A stretch of 64,000 nucleotides of DNA, taken from contig NC_092373.1 in the NCBI RefSeq assembly GCF_030028105.1, positions 174,445,556-174,509,555 of the forward strand. The letters run 5' to 3'. The position numbers were made by a program, and so were the translations under genes. This document shows positions 48,712 to 61,334 of this stretch, piece after piece. Every line of letters starts with the position of its first letter. Position 1 is the first letter of the stretch. The stretch is from Mobula birostris (taxonomy: Eukaryota). The notes under the pieces were generated by a model. The model did not search any database, had not been told where the DNA came from, and saw only the letters and a list, made by a program, of their open reading frames with translations.

Positions 48712-49922
48712 CAGTGTTTCCTAACCTTTTTAGCCCGATGCCTTCCTAACACACTTCCATACTTGTCAATGCCCCCCTAAAGTACCTTCGTACTTGCCAA
48801 TGCCCCTCTTGGACAAAATGTACTTTCCAGTGCCCCCATAGTGTAAAAATATGTTTACGGTATACTAACATGAAAAAAATTATTCTGCTTTAATTTTTTA
48901 TTAAGCTCAAGGATCACATTATCACATTGTACAGCAGCTTCGATATCAATGCGATAATGTGATCCTTCAGCTTGATGATTTTTAGCAAGAAATGTCTGGT
49001 CAAGTTGTGGCAGCAAAAGCCTGAAGTCCCCACGTGTAACAATCTGCAAGCAGCTTCTGTTTTTTTTTGTCAGTATGTGGTTCACTGCACTGAAGCCTCT
49101 TTCAACAAGATAGGAGGATGGAAATGCAATGAAGAGAAGTTTTGCTCTTCTCCAAAGACCAAGAAACTTCGTATGACAGTATAGCCACATACCATTAAAC
49201 CCCATATTTTTGAAAAGCATTTCTGCTTCTTCGTCATTCTAAATTTCGATGCTTTCTTCTTGCAAGCTCTCTTCCTGTCCTTCCACCTAGCAGAGAAATG
49301 GGTTAATTACACAGTCCAGAATTACCAGATCATTCAAATCCTTGAATCAATTCTGAAAATCCTTCTTCAGTGACTGCAGGTGTAAGCAGTACTCTTGCAA
49401 ATCACTGTCTGTGAAAGGGAGTGCCATACTTTCCATGCAGGGAAACTGTGAGAACATCCTTCTCCCAATGTTTTGCTTATATATTTCCATTTTTATGATA
49501 AAAGTGGATAGTGCACCTTTTGCCTGGATTAAACTGAAATTCTCACACTGCAGATTCATATGTAGAATGTTCATTTTGTCATACAGATTGGATAGATATG
49601 CCACATCTCCATGTAGAAGTTCAATTTTGTTTCCCAAGCTCTTGCCGATTTTGAGCAAAAATTCAACCACAGTGTCAAAAAGATCAAAGAAACATCTTAA
49701 GCAGCAGCTTTTTGACAGCCAATGCATTTCAGTGTGATGAAGCAAGTGCTAACACTCCTCAATGTTATCTTGGCATAACAGGCAAAATATTTGGCATTTG
49801 GCTATTTAATGGATGAACTTTAATTTTGTTGATAGCAGATATTACAAGAGTCATGCTGTAAAAAAGTCACTGGCTAAGATTTTTGGCTACAAGATGTTGA
49901 TGATGAATTACACAATGGATTG
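48712..49922 (-). mobile_element. hAT Charlie/Buster-type transposon 3' part (SCAND3/ZBED8-like transposase), continues at 53336-53477
   Basis: TIR CAGTGTTTCCTAACCTTTT; SIHCVIHHQHLVAK, LHHTEMHWLSK, FPSSYLVERGFSAV. The upstream piece YNELK...ISCSTGGAPYMTG lies beyond the CR1. Confidence 0.85.
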
Positions 49923-52900
49923 ACCATAAGATATAGGAGCAGAAGCAGGCCATTCTGCCCATCGAGTCTGCTCTGCCATTCAATCATGGGCTGGTCCAAT
50001 TCTTCCAGTCATCCCCACTCCCCTGCTTTCACCCCATACCCTTTGATGCCCTGGCTAATCAAGAACCTACAGTATCTACCTCTGCCTTAAATGCACCCAG
50101 TAACGTTGCCCCCACAGCTGTCGTGGCAACAAATTCCACAGAGATACCACCCTCTGACAAAAGTCATTTCTCCACATCTCTGTTCTAAATGGACGTCCTT
50201 CAATCCTGAAGTCGAGCCCTCTTGTCCTAGACTTCCCTACCATGAGAAATAACTTTGCCATATCTAATCTGTTCAGGCCTTTTAACATTCGGAATATTTC
50301 TATGAGATCCCCCCTCATTCTCCTCAACTCCAGGGAATGCAGCCCAAGAGCTGCCAGATGTTCCTCATACAGTAACCCTTTCATTCCTGGAAGCATTCTT
50401 GTGAATCTTCTCTGAACCCTCTCCAATGTCCTTTCTAAAATAAGGAACACAAAACTGCACACAATACTCCAAGTGTGGTCTCACAAGTGCCTTATAGAGC
50501 CTCAACATCACATCCCTGCTCTTATATTCTATACCACTAGAAATGAATACCAACATTGTATTCGCCTTCTTCACAACCGACTCAACCTGGAGGGTAACCT
50601 TTAGGGTATCCTGCACAAGGACTCCTAAATCCCTTTCCATCTCTGCATTTTGAATTCTCTCCCCATCTAAATAATAGTCGGCCAATTTATTTCTTCCACC
50701 AAAGTGTATGACCATTTGCCACTTCTTTGCCTATTCCACTAAACTATCTAAGTCTCTCTGCAGGCTCTCTGTTTCCTCAACACTACCCGCTCCTCCACCT
50801 ATCTTTGTATCATTGGCAAAATTAGCCACAAATCCATTAATCCCAAAGTCCAAATCATTGACATACATCGTAAAAAGCAGTGGTTCTAATACCGACCCCT
50901 GTGGATCTCCACTGGTAACCGGCAGCCACCCAGAATAGGATCCCTTTATTCCCACTCTCTGTTTTCTGCCGATCAGCCAATGCTCCACCCATGCTAGTAA
51001 CTCCCCTGAAATTCAATAGGCTCTTATCTTGCTAAGCAGCCTCATGTGCGGCACCTTGTCAAAGGCCTTCTGAAAATCCAAGTACACCACATCTACTGCG
51101 TCTCCTTTGTCTACCCTGCTTGTAATTTCCTCAAAAAATTGCAGTAGGTTAGTCAGACAGGATTTTCCTTTCAGGAAACAATGCTGGCTTTGGCCTATCT
51201 TGTCATGTGCCTCCAGGTATTCTGTAATCTCATCCCTAACAATCGATTCCGACAACTTCCCAACAACTGATGTCAGGCTAACAGGTCTATAGTTTCCTTT
51301 ATGCTGCCTCCCACCCTTCTTAAATAGCGGAGTAACATTTGCAATTTTCCAGTCATCTGGTACAATGCCAGAACCTATCGATTCTTGAAAGATCATTGTT
51401 AATATCTCCGCAATCTCTCCAGCTGCTTCCTTCAGAACCCAAGGGTGCATTCCATCAGGTCTAGGAGTTTTATCCACCCTCAGACCATTAAGCTTCCTGA
51501 GCACTTTCTCAGTCATAATTTTCACTTCACATACTTCACCTCGCTGTCACTCTTGAATGTCCGGTATACTACAGATGTCTTCCACTGTGAAGACTGATGC
51601 AAAATATACGTTCCTCTGCCATCTCTGCATCTCTCATTACAATATCTCCAACGTCATTTTCTATTGGTCCCATATCTACCCTTAACTCTCTTTTACCCTT
51701 TATATACATAAAAGAGCTTTTAGTATCTTCTTTGATATTAGTCTCCAGGTTCCTTTCATAATTCATCTTTTCCTTCCTAGTGACCTTCTTAGTTTCCTTC
51801 TGCAAGTTTTTAAAAGCTTCCCAATACTCTATCTTCCTACTAACTTTCGCTTTCTGGTATGCCCTCTCTTTTGCTTTTACTTTGACTCTGACTTCACTTG
51901 TCAGCCATGGTAGTGTCCTTCCATTTGAAAACTTCTTCTTATTTGGAATATATCTGTCTTGCACGTCCCTCATTTTTCACAGAAACTCCAGCCTTTGCTG
52001 CTCTGCTGTTCTTCCTGCTAGTGCCCCTTTCCAGTCAACCTTAGCCAGTTCCCCTCTCATGCCATTGTAATTTCCTTTATTCCACTGAAATACCGACACA
52101 TTGGATTTTAGCTTCTCCTTCTCAAATTTCAAAGTGAACTCATTCATATTGTGATCACTGTTCCCTAAGGGTTCCTTAACCTTAAGCTCTCTTATCACAT
52201 CCAGATCATTGCACAACACCCAATCCAGCACAGCCGATCCCCTATTGGGCTCAACAACAAGCTGTTCTAAAAAGCCATCCCTTAGACCAGGGGTGGCCAA
52301 CCTTTTACATTGCATGCATCAATTTTTTCACGCATGAGTTCAGATGCGATTTTTTTCACGCACGAGTTCCATATTAACATATTTTTACAGGAATTGAATG
52401 GGGGTACAAGAGTTGTATGGCGCATCTGAACTCGTGAGTGAAAAAATTGACACATGGAATGTAAAAGGTTGGCCACCCCAGCCTTAGACATTCTATAAAT
52501 TCTCTCTCTTGAGGTCCAGTACTGGCTTGGTTTTCCCAATCCAATTTGATGTTAAAATCCCCAATGATTATCATGATATTGCCCTTCTGACATGCCTTGC
52601 TATTTCCTGCTGTAATTTGTAATCCACATCCCAGCTGCTGTTTGGAGGCCTGTATACAACTGCCGTTAGGGTCCTTTTACCCTTGTCATTTCTTAACTCA
52701 ACCCATAGAGACTCTACACCTTCTGATCCTATGTCATCCCTTTCTAATGATTTAATATTATTTCTTATACACAGGGCCACACCACCTCCTCTGCCTACTC
52801 ACCTATCTTTCCGATACACCATATATCCTTGGACGTTCAGCTCCCAATGGCAGCCATCCTTTAGCCAAGTTTCAGAGATGGCCAGAATGTCATACTTGCC

Positions 52901-53335
52901 AATCTGTAGCTGAATTTCAAGATCGTCCATTTTATCTCTTGCATTCAAATATAACACTTCCAGTCCAGTATTTGTTGCTTTCTGTTTTAACTGCACCACG
53001 CCTCTATTGCCCTGTAACTCATCCCTCTGACTGTGATTATGCCTCATCTCTTGCCTGTCCTTTCTATCATCTCTGTTGCATGCCATCTTTGATTTATTTC
53101 TGTTTTCCCCTTCTTCAGCTCTATCACTCCGGTTCCCATCCCCCTGCCAAATTAGTTTAAACTCTCCCTAACAGCTCTATTAAACCTGCCTGCTAGGATA
53201 TTGGACCCCTTCGGGTTCAGGTGTAACCCGTCCTTTTTGTACAGGTCATACCTCCCTCAGTAGATGCCCAAGTGATCCAGGAACCCAAAGACCTGCCCCC
53301 TACACCAGACTCTCAGCCACACATTAATATGCCAA
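49923..53335 (-). mobile_element. CR1 LINE (degenerate ORF2 + ORF1 end) inserted in the hAT transposase
   Basis: ORFs 50076-53086 with LAISETWL, IIGDFN, GNYRPVSLTSVVGK, YLDFQKAFDKVPH, LVRPHLEYC. Confidence 0.92.
52288..52481. mobile_element. hAT-Charlie-type MITE inserted in CR1
   Basis: TIRs CAGGGGTGGCCAACCTTTTACATT / AATGTAAAAGGTTGGCCACCCCAG with imperfect arms of about 60-70 bp; TSD CCTTAGAC with central TA. Confidence 0.88.
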
Positions 53336-53477
53336 CAGACTTGGAATTTCTTTTTTTATAAATGCCACTAAACCTGTATGGTGACCTGTCATATATGGTG
53401 CTCCACCTGTTGAACAAGAAATCATGTTCCTAATCGGAATACCTTTATTCTCAATGTATATTTTGAGCTCATTGTAA
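53336..53477 (-). mobile_element. hAT transposase upstream fragment
   Basis: Translates on - as YNELKIYIENKGIPIRNMISCSTGGAPYMTGHHTGLVAFIKKEIPSL, collinear with SIHCVIHH at about 49920. Confidence 0.8.
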
Positions 53478-53830
53478 CACACACAAAATGCTGAAGGAAC
53501 TCAGCAGGCCAGGCAGCATCTATGGAAAATAGTACAGTCAACATTTCGGGCCGAGACCCTTCGGCAGGACTGGAGGAGAAAAAGCAGAGGAGTAGATTTA
53601 AAAGGTTGGGGGCGGGGGGGGAGAGAAAAACACAAGGTGATAGGTGAAACCTGAAGGGGGAGGGGTGAAGTATAGAGCTGGGAAGTTGATTGGTGGAAGA
53701 GATACAGGGCTGGAGAAAGGGGAGTCTGATAGAAGAGGACAGAAGCCATGGAAGAAAGGAAAGAGGAGAGGAGCACCAGAGGGAGGCAGTGGGGCTTGTT
53801 GGATAGTTCTCACAGACTCAAAAGCTCAAA
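53478..53830 (-). mobile_element. Penelope-like element terminal fragment
   Basis: Plus strand acacacaaaatgctgaaggaactcagcaggccaggcagcatc; mutated hammerhead core on - (cagtc CTGCCGA agggtctcggccc GAAA tgttgactg). Older copies near 17600, 25650, 27620 and 29270. Confidence 0.65.
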
Positions 53831-55193
53831 TGTCCTCCCCTGCATGGAAGTCTTTAGGATTCCAACTTTTGCAGGAAGCCTTTTGATCTTTCCACAATTA
53901 ATTTTACGACTCTATGTATCTCAGTCAGAAGGTTTTGGGATCTGTCTCAACTTCAAGGTCTGGAGCACAAAACTCTAGACTGATGTCAAAGCAGTACTGA
54001 TAAAGTGTTGCACCATCAGTAGCACTGACTTTGCTAGATGTTAAACTGAGGCTCATCTATCCTCCCAGACAAATATAACTGACCACATGACAATACTTTG
54101 TAGAAGTACAGTGAGTCCTGGTCTGATTACCCACCAACAACATGGATTTGCCATTACGGTTTCAACATTGGGAGCAGAAACATAAAGTATCTTGTTTTAC
54201 TAAATAGAGGACAAGAACATCCACCAACAAATATCATCATTAGCACATACAGTCATGGAGGCCCTTCTGCCCATCGAGTCATTCTGGCCACCAATCATCC
54301 ATTAAGAGTAACTGTATATCAATCATTACTCCTTTTTTTATTCTTTCACATTCCCATCAATTACACCCAGATTCTACCACTCACCTATACACTAGGGGCA
54401 ATTTCCATCAGGCAATTAATCTACCTCCCAGTACTTCTTGGGATGGGAGTGGAAAATAAGAGCACCTGAAGGAAATCTACATCTTCCCAGGAAAACATGC
54501 AAACTCCACACAGACAGCACATGTGCCAGGATCCCTGTAAGGCTGAAGCTCTACTAGCTGCACCACTGTTTTACCCCAAATCTGTAGAATTTTTGTGGAA
54601 TCACGATGTACATTTTGGCTGCTACATTTCCTACAGCACAGTAGTGAAGGCTGTTGAATGCTTTGGATGTCTGTAAGAGTGTTACATAAATGCAAGTCGT
54701 CCCTTTTTACATTTCAGTGAGAGAGTGTAATCAGTCTAATGACCCATGGAATTGTCTGAGGCTGATCTCATGCTGCTGACATCCTTACTAGATAAAAGTA
54801 CTGTGTGGGAAATTAATGAATAAACTGTTTCATGGTCCTGCCCTTTCACACCGACATTGATTAATTTCAGGAACGTACTGGTCTAAATACAGTGCGCGTT
54901 GGAATGCAGAGTATTCAAATGAGGAGCACAGTGAAAAGGGATTCTACTCTTGTACACGACCAAGTTACGATACAGCCTGGGGATTTGCACCATAGGTACA
55001 CATTCACCTCGACTTCATCATTTCCAGGAAAAGTCAACACAAGAGCGGGTGCTGGAAGCTTCCAACATCTGGTCATTATCACACTGCTGATGGTGGATCA
55101 TTCTGACACAAGTTGGTATGCTTCAGCTCACAGACCGCTCTGTTCTGCCGGTTCTAATGAAGAATCTTCAGACTCACGTTTATTATTATGGAA

Positions 55194-55394
55194 ACAACAC
55201 ACATCAAAGTTGCTGGTGAACGCAGCAGGCCAGGCAGCATCTCTAGGATGGGAGTTAGTCCTGACGAAGGGTCTCGGCCTGAAACGTCGACTGCACCTCT
55301 TCCTAGAGATGCTACCTGGCCTGCTGCGTTCACCAGCAACTTTGATGTGTGTTGCTTGAATTTCCAGCATCTGCAGAATTCCTGTTGTTTGCGT
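55194..55394 (+). mobile_element. Short Penelope-derived fold-back insertion
   Basis: Inverted arms of about 54 bp (55194-55248 / 55301-55354, one mismatch); flanking direct repeat TTTATTATTATGGAA near 55179-55193 and 55395-55409. Confidence 0.8.
55257..55292 (+). ncRNA. Minimal type I hammerhead ribozyme motif
   Basis: agtc-CTGACGA-agg(gtctcgg)cct-GAAAC-GTC^gact: stem I agtc/gact, stem II agg/cct, palindromic ACGT stem III. Confidence 0.75.
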
Positions 55395-55778
55395 TTTATT
55401 ATTATGGAATTTGGCCCAGGAGGGATTATCCAAGGTGCTGATGCCCAGGAACTTGGAGTCCATAACTAGAAACATACACTCTACTTCTCTCTCTATAGAT
55501 GCCACCTGATCTGTTGAGTGTTTCCGGACTTTCTGGTTTAATTCTTAATTCCTATTCTTGTCACTGCCTTGTTAAACAATGCTCATTATGTGCTTCTAGG
55601 TATATTGAGGGAAGTTGTTAATCAGTAATCTGGACCAATGATATAAAAGCAGTACAGTGCGATACATAAAATTGCTACAAACTACAAAATATAATCAACA
55701 CCATAAAAGGGGAATAACAGAATAGCATTCATGGGTTCATAGACAATTCATAAATTGTTCCTAAAATATTGATTAGAA

Positions 55779-58700
55779 CCATAGAACCATAGAAACTACA
55801 GCACAGAAACAGGCCTTTTGGCCCTTCTTGGCTGTGCCAAACCATTTTCTGCCTAGTCCCACTGACCTGCACACGGACCATATCCCTCTATACACCTCCC
55901 ATCCATGTATCTGTCCAATTTATTCTCAAATGTTACAAAAGAACCTGCATTTATCACCTTGTCTGGCAGCTCATTCCATACTCCCACCACTCTCTGTGTG
56001 AAGAAGCCCCCCCCTAATGTTCCCTTTAAACTTTCCCCCCCTCACCCTTAACCCATGTCCCCTGGTTTTTTTCTCCCCCTTGCCTCAGTGGAAAAAGCCT
56101 GCTTGCATTCACTCTATCTATACCCATCATAATTTTATATACCTCTATCAAATCTCCCCTCATTCTTCTACGCTCCAGGGAATAAAGTCCTAACCTATTC
56201 AATCTTTCTCTGTAACTGAGTTTCTCAAGTCCCGGCAACATCCTTGTAAACCTTCTCTGCACTCTTTCAACCTTATTTATATCCTTCCTGTAATTTGGTG
56301 ACCAAAACTGAACACAATACTCCAGATTCGGCCTCACCAATGCCTTATACAACCTCATCATAACATTCCAGCTCTTATATTCAATACTTCGATTAATAAA
56401 GGCCAATGTACCAAAAGCTCTCTTTATGACCCTATCTACCTGTGACAACACTTTTAGGGAATGTTGTATCTGTATTCCCAGATCCCTCTGTTCTACTGCA
56501 CTCCTCAGTGCCTTACCATTAACCCTGTATGTTCTACCTGGTTTGTCCTTCCAACGTGCAATACCTCACACTTATCTGTATTAAACACCATCTGCCATTT
56601 TTCAGCCCATTTTTCCAGCTGGTCCAAGTCCCTCTGCAGGCTCTGAACACCTTCCTCACTGTCTACTACACCTCCAATCTTTGTATCATCAGCAAACTTG
56701 CTGATCCAATTTACCACATTATCATACAGATCATTGATATAGATGACAAATAACAATGGACCCATCACTGATCCCTGTGGCACACCAGTAGTCACAGGCC
56801 TCCACTCAGAGAAGCAATTCTCTACCACCACTCGCTGGCTTCTTCCATCGAGCCAATGTCTAATCCAATTTACCACCTCTCCATGTATACCTAGCGATTG
56901 AATTTTCCTAACTAACCTCCCATGCAGGACCTTGTCAAAGGCCTTACTGAAATCCATGTAGACAATATCCACTGCCTTCCCTTCATCCACTTTCCTGGTA
57001 ACCTCCTCAAAAAACTCCAACAGATTGGTCAAACATGACCTACCATGCACAAAGCCATGTTGACTCTCCCTAATAAGCCCCTGTCTATCCAAATGCTTGT
57101 AGATTCTGTCTCTTAGTACTCCCTCCAATAACTTACCTACTACTGACGTTAAACTCACCGGCCTATAATTTCCCGGATTACTTTTCGATCCTTTTTTAAA
57201 CAACGGAACAACATGAGCCACTCTCCAATCCTCCGGCACTTCACCCGTAGACAGCGACATTTTAAATATTTCTGCCAGGGCCCCCGCAATTTCAACACTA
57301 GTCTCCTTCAAGGTCCGAGGGAACACCCTGTCAGGTCCTGGGGATTTTCCTCAAGACAGCAAGCACCTCCTCCTTTTCAATCTGTACAGTTTCCATGGTC
57401 TCACTACTTGATTCCCTCAATTCCATAGATTTCATGCCAGCTTCCTTAGTAAATACAGACGCAAAAAACCTATTTAAGATCTCCCCCATTTCCTTTGGTT
57501 CTGCACAAAGCCGACCACTCTGATCTTCAAGAGGGCCAATTTTATCCCTTACAATCCTTTTGCTCTTAATATACTTGTAAAAGCTCTTTGGATTATCCTT
57601 CACTTTGACTGCCAAGGCAACCTCATGTCTTCTTTTAGCCCTCCTGATTTCTTTCTTAAGTATTTTCTTGCACTTCTTATACTCCTCAAGCACCTGATTT
57701 ACCCCGTTTCCTATACATTTCATACAACTCCCTCTTCTTCTTTATCAGAGTTGCAATATCCCTTGAGAACCAAGGTTCCTTATTCCTATTCAATTTGCTT
57801 TTAATCCTGACAGGAACATACAAACGCTGCACTCTCAAAATTTCCCCTTTGAAGGCTTCCCACCTACCAATCACATCTTTGCCAGAGAACAACCTGTCCC
57901 AATCCACGCTTTTTAGATCCTTACTCATTTCTTCAAATTTGGCCTTCTTCCAGTTCAGAACCTCAGCCCTAGGACCAGATCTATCCTTGTCCATGATCAA
58001 ATTGAAACTAATGGTGTTATGATCACTGGAACCAAAGTGCTCCCCTACACAGACTTCTGTCACTTGCCCTAATTCGTTACCTAACAGGAGATCCAATATT
58101 GCATCTCCCCTAGTTGGTCCCTCTATATATTGATTTAGAAAACTTTCCTGAACACATTTTACAAACTGTAAACCATCTAGACCCCTAACAGTATGGGAGT
58201 CCCAATCAATGTATGGAAAATTAAAATCCCCTACCACCACAACTTTATGTTTCCTGCAGTTGCCTGCTATCTCTCTGCAGATTTGCTCTTCCAAGTCTCG
58301 TTGACTATTGGGTGGTCTGTAATACAATCCCACTAATATGGCCATATCTTTCCTGTTTCTTTGCTCCACCCATAAGGACTCAGTAGACAAGCCCTCTAAT
58401 CTGTCCTGCCTGAGCACTGCTGTAATATTTCCCTAACAAGCAATGCTACTCCCCCACCTTTCATTCCTCTGCCTCGATCACATCTGAAACATCGAAACCC
58501 TGGAATATTAAGCTGCCAGTCCTGCCCCTCCTGTAGCCAAGTTTCACTAATTGCTACAACATCATAATTCCACGTGTCAATCCATGCCCTCAACTCATCC
58601 GCCTTCCCCGCAATACTCCTAGCATTGAAATATATACACCTCAGAAGATTTTTACCACCACTCACAACCTTTCTATCAGCAGATTTGCTTAAACTTTCAA

Positions 58701-59205
58701 CATCATTTATTTTCACCCCAGCCACACTGTCAGCTCTGGCACTCTGGTTCCCATCCCCCTGCAAATCTAGTTTAAAGCCTCCCCAATAGCACTAACAAAC
58801 CTCCCTGAAAGGATATTGGTCCCCCTGTGGTTCAAGTGTAACCCGTCTCTCTTGTACAGGTCCCACCTGCCCCAGAAGAGGTCCCAATGATCCTGAAATC
58901 TGAAACCCTGCCCCCTACACCAGTTCCTCAGCCACTTGTTCCTCCTCCAGAGCATCCTATTCCTACCCTCACTGGCACCTAGCACAGGTAGCAATCCTGA
59001 GATTACCACCCTTGAGGTCCTGCTTTTCAACTTCCTACCAAGCTCTCTATACTCACTGTCCAGGACCTCCTCACTCTTCCTTGCTATGTCATTGGTACCG
59101 ATGTGCACCATGACATCTGGCTGGTCACCCTCCCACTTCAGAATGTCATGCAATCGATCAGAGACATCCTTGACCCTGGCACCTGGGAGGCAACAAACCA
59201 TCCTG
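55779..59205 (-). mobile_element. CR1 LINE, relatively young, with ORF1 SGNH-esterase part and ORF2
   Basis: ORF1 CLPGARV...VHIGTND...DGLHLN; ORF2 pieces 56026-58764; tail agaaccat x2; GATTAGAA at 55771-55778 and 59206-59213 is a possible TSD. Confidence 0.93.
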
Positions 59206-59604
59206 GATTAGAAGAATCCAAACAGCAAACTGGTAATAAGTCTTCTTGCATCCATCTGTGCGATTTTCTCTGGAGTGCTGGAGGCTGAAGGAAGACCTAA
59301 AGGATGTGTACAACATCATGAGAGGCATGGGTAAGGAAGCCGGTCAGAGCCCGTTTACCGAGGGAGAATGTCAATGCTAAGGGTATAGGTTTAAGGTGAT
59401 GTGGGAGGGAGTTTAAAGAAAATTTTTCTGGCAATGAAGTCCCACATAAGGAGTTAGTGAACTGGGATTAGAGTAAAGTACTGGCATGGACTGAGAATTG
59501 GTTAATCTACAACAAATATAGAATTGGAATGAACTGGACTTTCTCAGGGTGGAAGGTGGTAATCAATGGAGAACTGTGGGTTGTTTGGGTCTGTGGGGGA
59601 AGCT

Positions 59605-60127
59605 GCCTGTGACCTATTGGAGAGATAGTTATGGGAGGGTTCTGTAAGGGCAGGTGAAAGTGACCTGCAGTGGGGCAGGTGAGAATGATCTGTCGAGGTG
59701 TATGACCTGTAGAGGGGTGTAGGGGTGTGACCTGTAGGTGTGTGTGTATTGTGGGTGTTGGTGTGAGCTGTAGAGGGATTGATGAGTGACCTGTAGGGTT
59801 ATAGGGGTGTGATCTACAGGTGCATGTGACTTGTAGGGAAGTACATGTGGTGACTTATAAGGGTGTAGTCGAGGGTGATGTGTTGGGTTGTAGGGGTAAT
59901 GGTTGAGGTGTAGGTATGGCCTGTAGTGAGAGTGACCTGTTGGGATGTAAGTGTGTGACCTACAGGGGGTTGGTGAGCTAGGGTTAGAGGGGTGTGATCT
60001 ACAGGTGCATGTAACTTGTAGAGAGGTGCAAGTACATGTGGTGACCACAAGGCCACTAGGGGTGTAGGTGAGGGTGACCTGGTGGAGTGTCGGCATGTGA
60101 CCTGTAGGGAGGTAGAGGAGGATGACC
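59605..60127. repeat. Degenerate GT-rich repeat built on GTGACCTGTAGG
   Basis: More than ten recurrences of tgacct/tgacctgt variants; internal duplication near 59805-59855 and 59989-60045. Confidence 0.7.
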
Positions 60128-60533
60128 TTTTTGGGTATTGATGACGGTCACCTACTATCTTTCAGCTTCGGTGTCACTTACAATGGAAATGTCAGGTCCT
60201 CTCCACCTTCTCCTGAACATCACCCCGCCCCACACACAAGCACGAGATGCTAGACATCCTCAGCCGGTGACCCAGCGGAGCTTCCAGAAGGTTCTGGATC
60301 ACACATCCGCAGTGTCTCGGGACTCCCGGAGCTGGTGCATTGGTTTATAACCTGGCTTATCACCGGACCCGGCTGCCGGCTTTACTTTCGTTTCAGTGGA
60401 AGTGAAAGCTTTGGTGTGGGTGTGTCGGATCTGATCAGCCCCGCCCGCCCGGAGGCGGTGCTCCGTCGTTGGGGGGAGTCGGTCAGCGGCGGGAGGGACA
60501 GAGACAGTGAGAGCCGAAGCGGCACGGTCATCC

Positions 60534-60900
60534 CTCCTGATCCCGCACAGGGCAGTGTCCCCGCCTGATCCGCAGACGGCACGATCATCCCTCCTGATCC
60601 CGCACAGGGTACAGTCCCCCTCCTGATCCCGCACAGGGTACAGTCCCCCGCCTGATCCCGCACAGGGTACAGTCCCCCGCCTGATCCCGCACAGGGCAGT
60701 GTCCCCCGCCTGATCCCGCACAGGGTACTGTCCTCCTCCTGATCCCGCACAGGGTACAGTCCCCCGCCTGATCCCGCACAGGGTACAGTCCCCCTCCTGA
60801 TCCCGCACAGGGTACAGTCCCCCTCCTGATCCCGCACAGGGTACAGTCCCCCGCCTGATCCCGCACAGGGCAGTGTCCCCCGCCTGATCCCGCAGACGGC
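60534..60900. repeat. 29-bp minisatellite (cctgatcccgcacagggtacagtcccccg), about 13 copies
   Basis: Directly visible; gives the 29-aa periodicity of the minus-strand ORFs. Confidence 0.95.
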
Positions 60901-61021
60901 ACGGTCCATCGCTGGATCCCACAGACGGTGGCCCGGTTCCCCTGACCCGAACAAGTTGGTTCCGACTGAGTGACAGGAATCGATCCCGGGTTCCGAGGCC
61001 AAATCTACACCAACCGCCGCA

Positions 61022-61064
61022 ATGCTCCGCAACGTCTGTCTGGCCACTTTGCTGCTGATGGCAG
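61022..61064 (+). CDS. Candidate first coding exon, signal peptide MLRNVCLATLLLMA(G)
   Basis: Kozak-like gccgcaATG, hydrophobic leader, perfect donor CAG|GTGAGT, phase 1, in a CpG island. Confidence 0.75.
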
Positions 61065-61081
61065 GTGAGTTCATTGCTCCG

Positions 61082-61334
61082 NNNNNNNNNNNNNNNNNNN
61101 NNNNNNNNNNNNNNNNNNNNNNNNNNNNNNNNNNNNNNNNNNNNNNNNNNNNNNNNNNNNNNNNNNNNNNNNNNNNNNNNNNNNNNNNNNNNNNNNNNNN
61201 NNNNNNNNNNNNNNNNNNNNNNNNNNNNNNNNNNNNNNNNNNNNNNNNNNNNNNNNNNNNNNNNNNNNNNNNNNNNNNNNNNNNNNNNNNNNNNNNNNNN
61301 NNNNNNNNNNNNNNNNNNNNNNNNNNNNNNNNNN
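61082..61334. other. Assembly gap (253 N)
   Basis: Run of N. Confidence 1.

Larger units (their letters stand above)
60200..61081 (+). promoter_or_regulatory. CpG-island promoter with kB-like, CCAAT, ISRE and Ets-IRF motifs
   Basis: GGGACTCCC 60319-60327; ATTGG 60339-60343; ACTTTCGTTTCA 60384-60395; GGAAGTGAAAGC 60398-60409. Confidence 0.65.

Noticed and set aside
48855-49745. Domesticated ZBED8/SCAND3 gene
   Set aside because: Stops, frameshifts, a terminal inverted repeat and a CR1 insertion indicate a dead transposon.
54892-55505. Mirror-image ORFs on both strands
   Set aside because: Produced by the inverted arms of the Penelope-derived fold-back.
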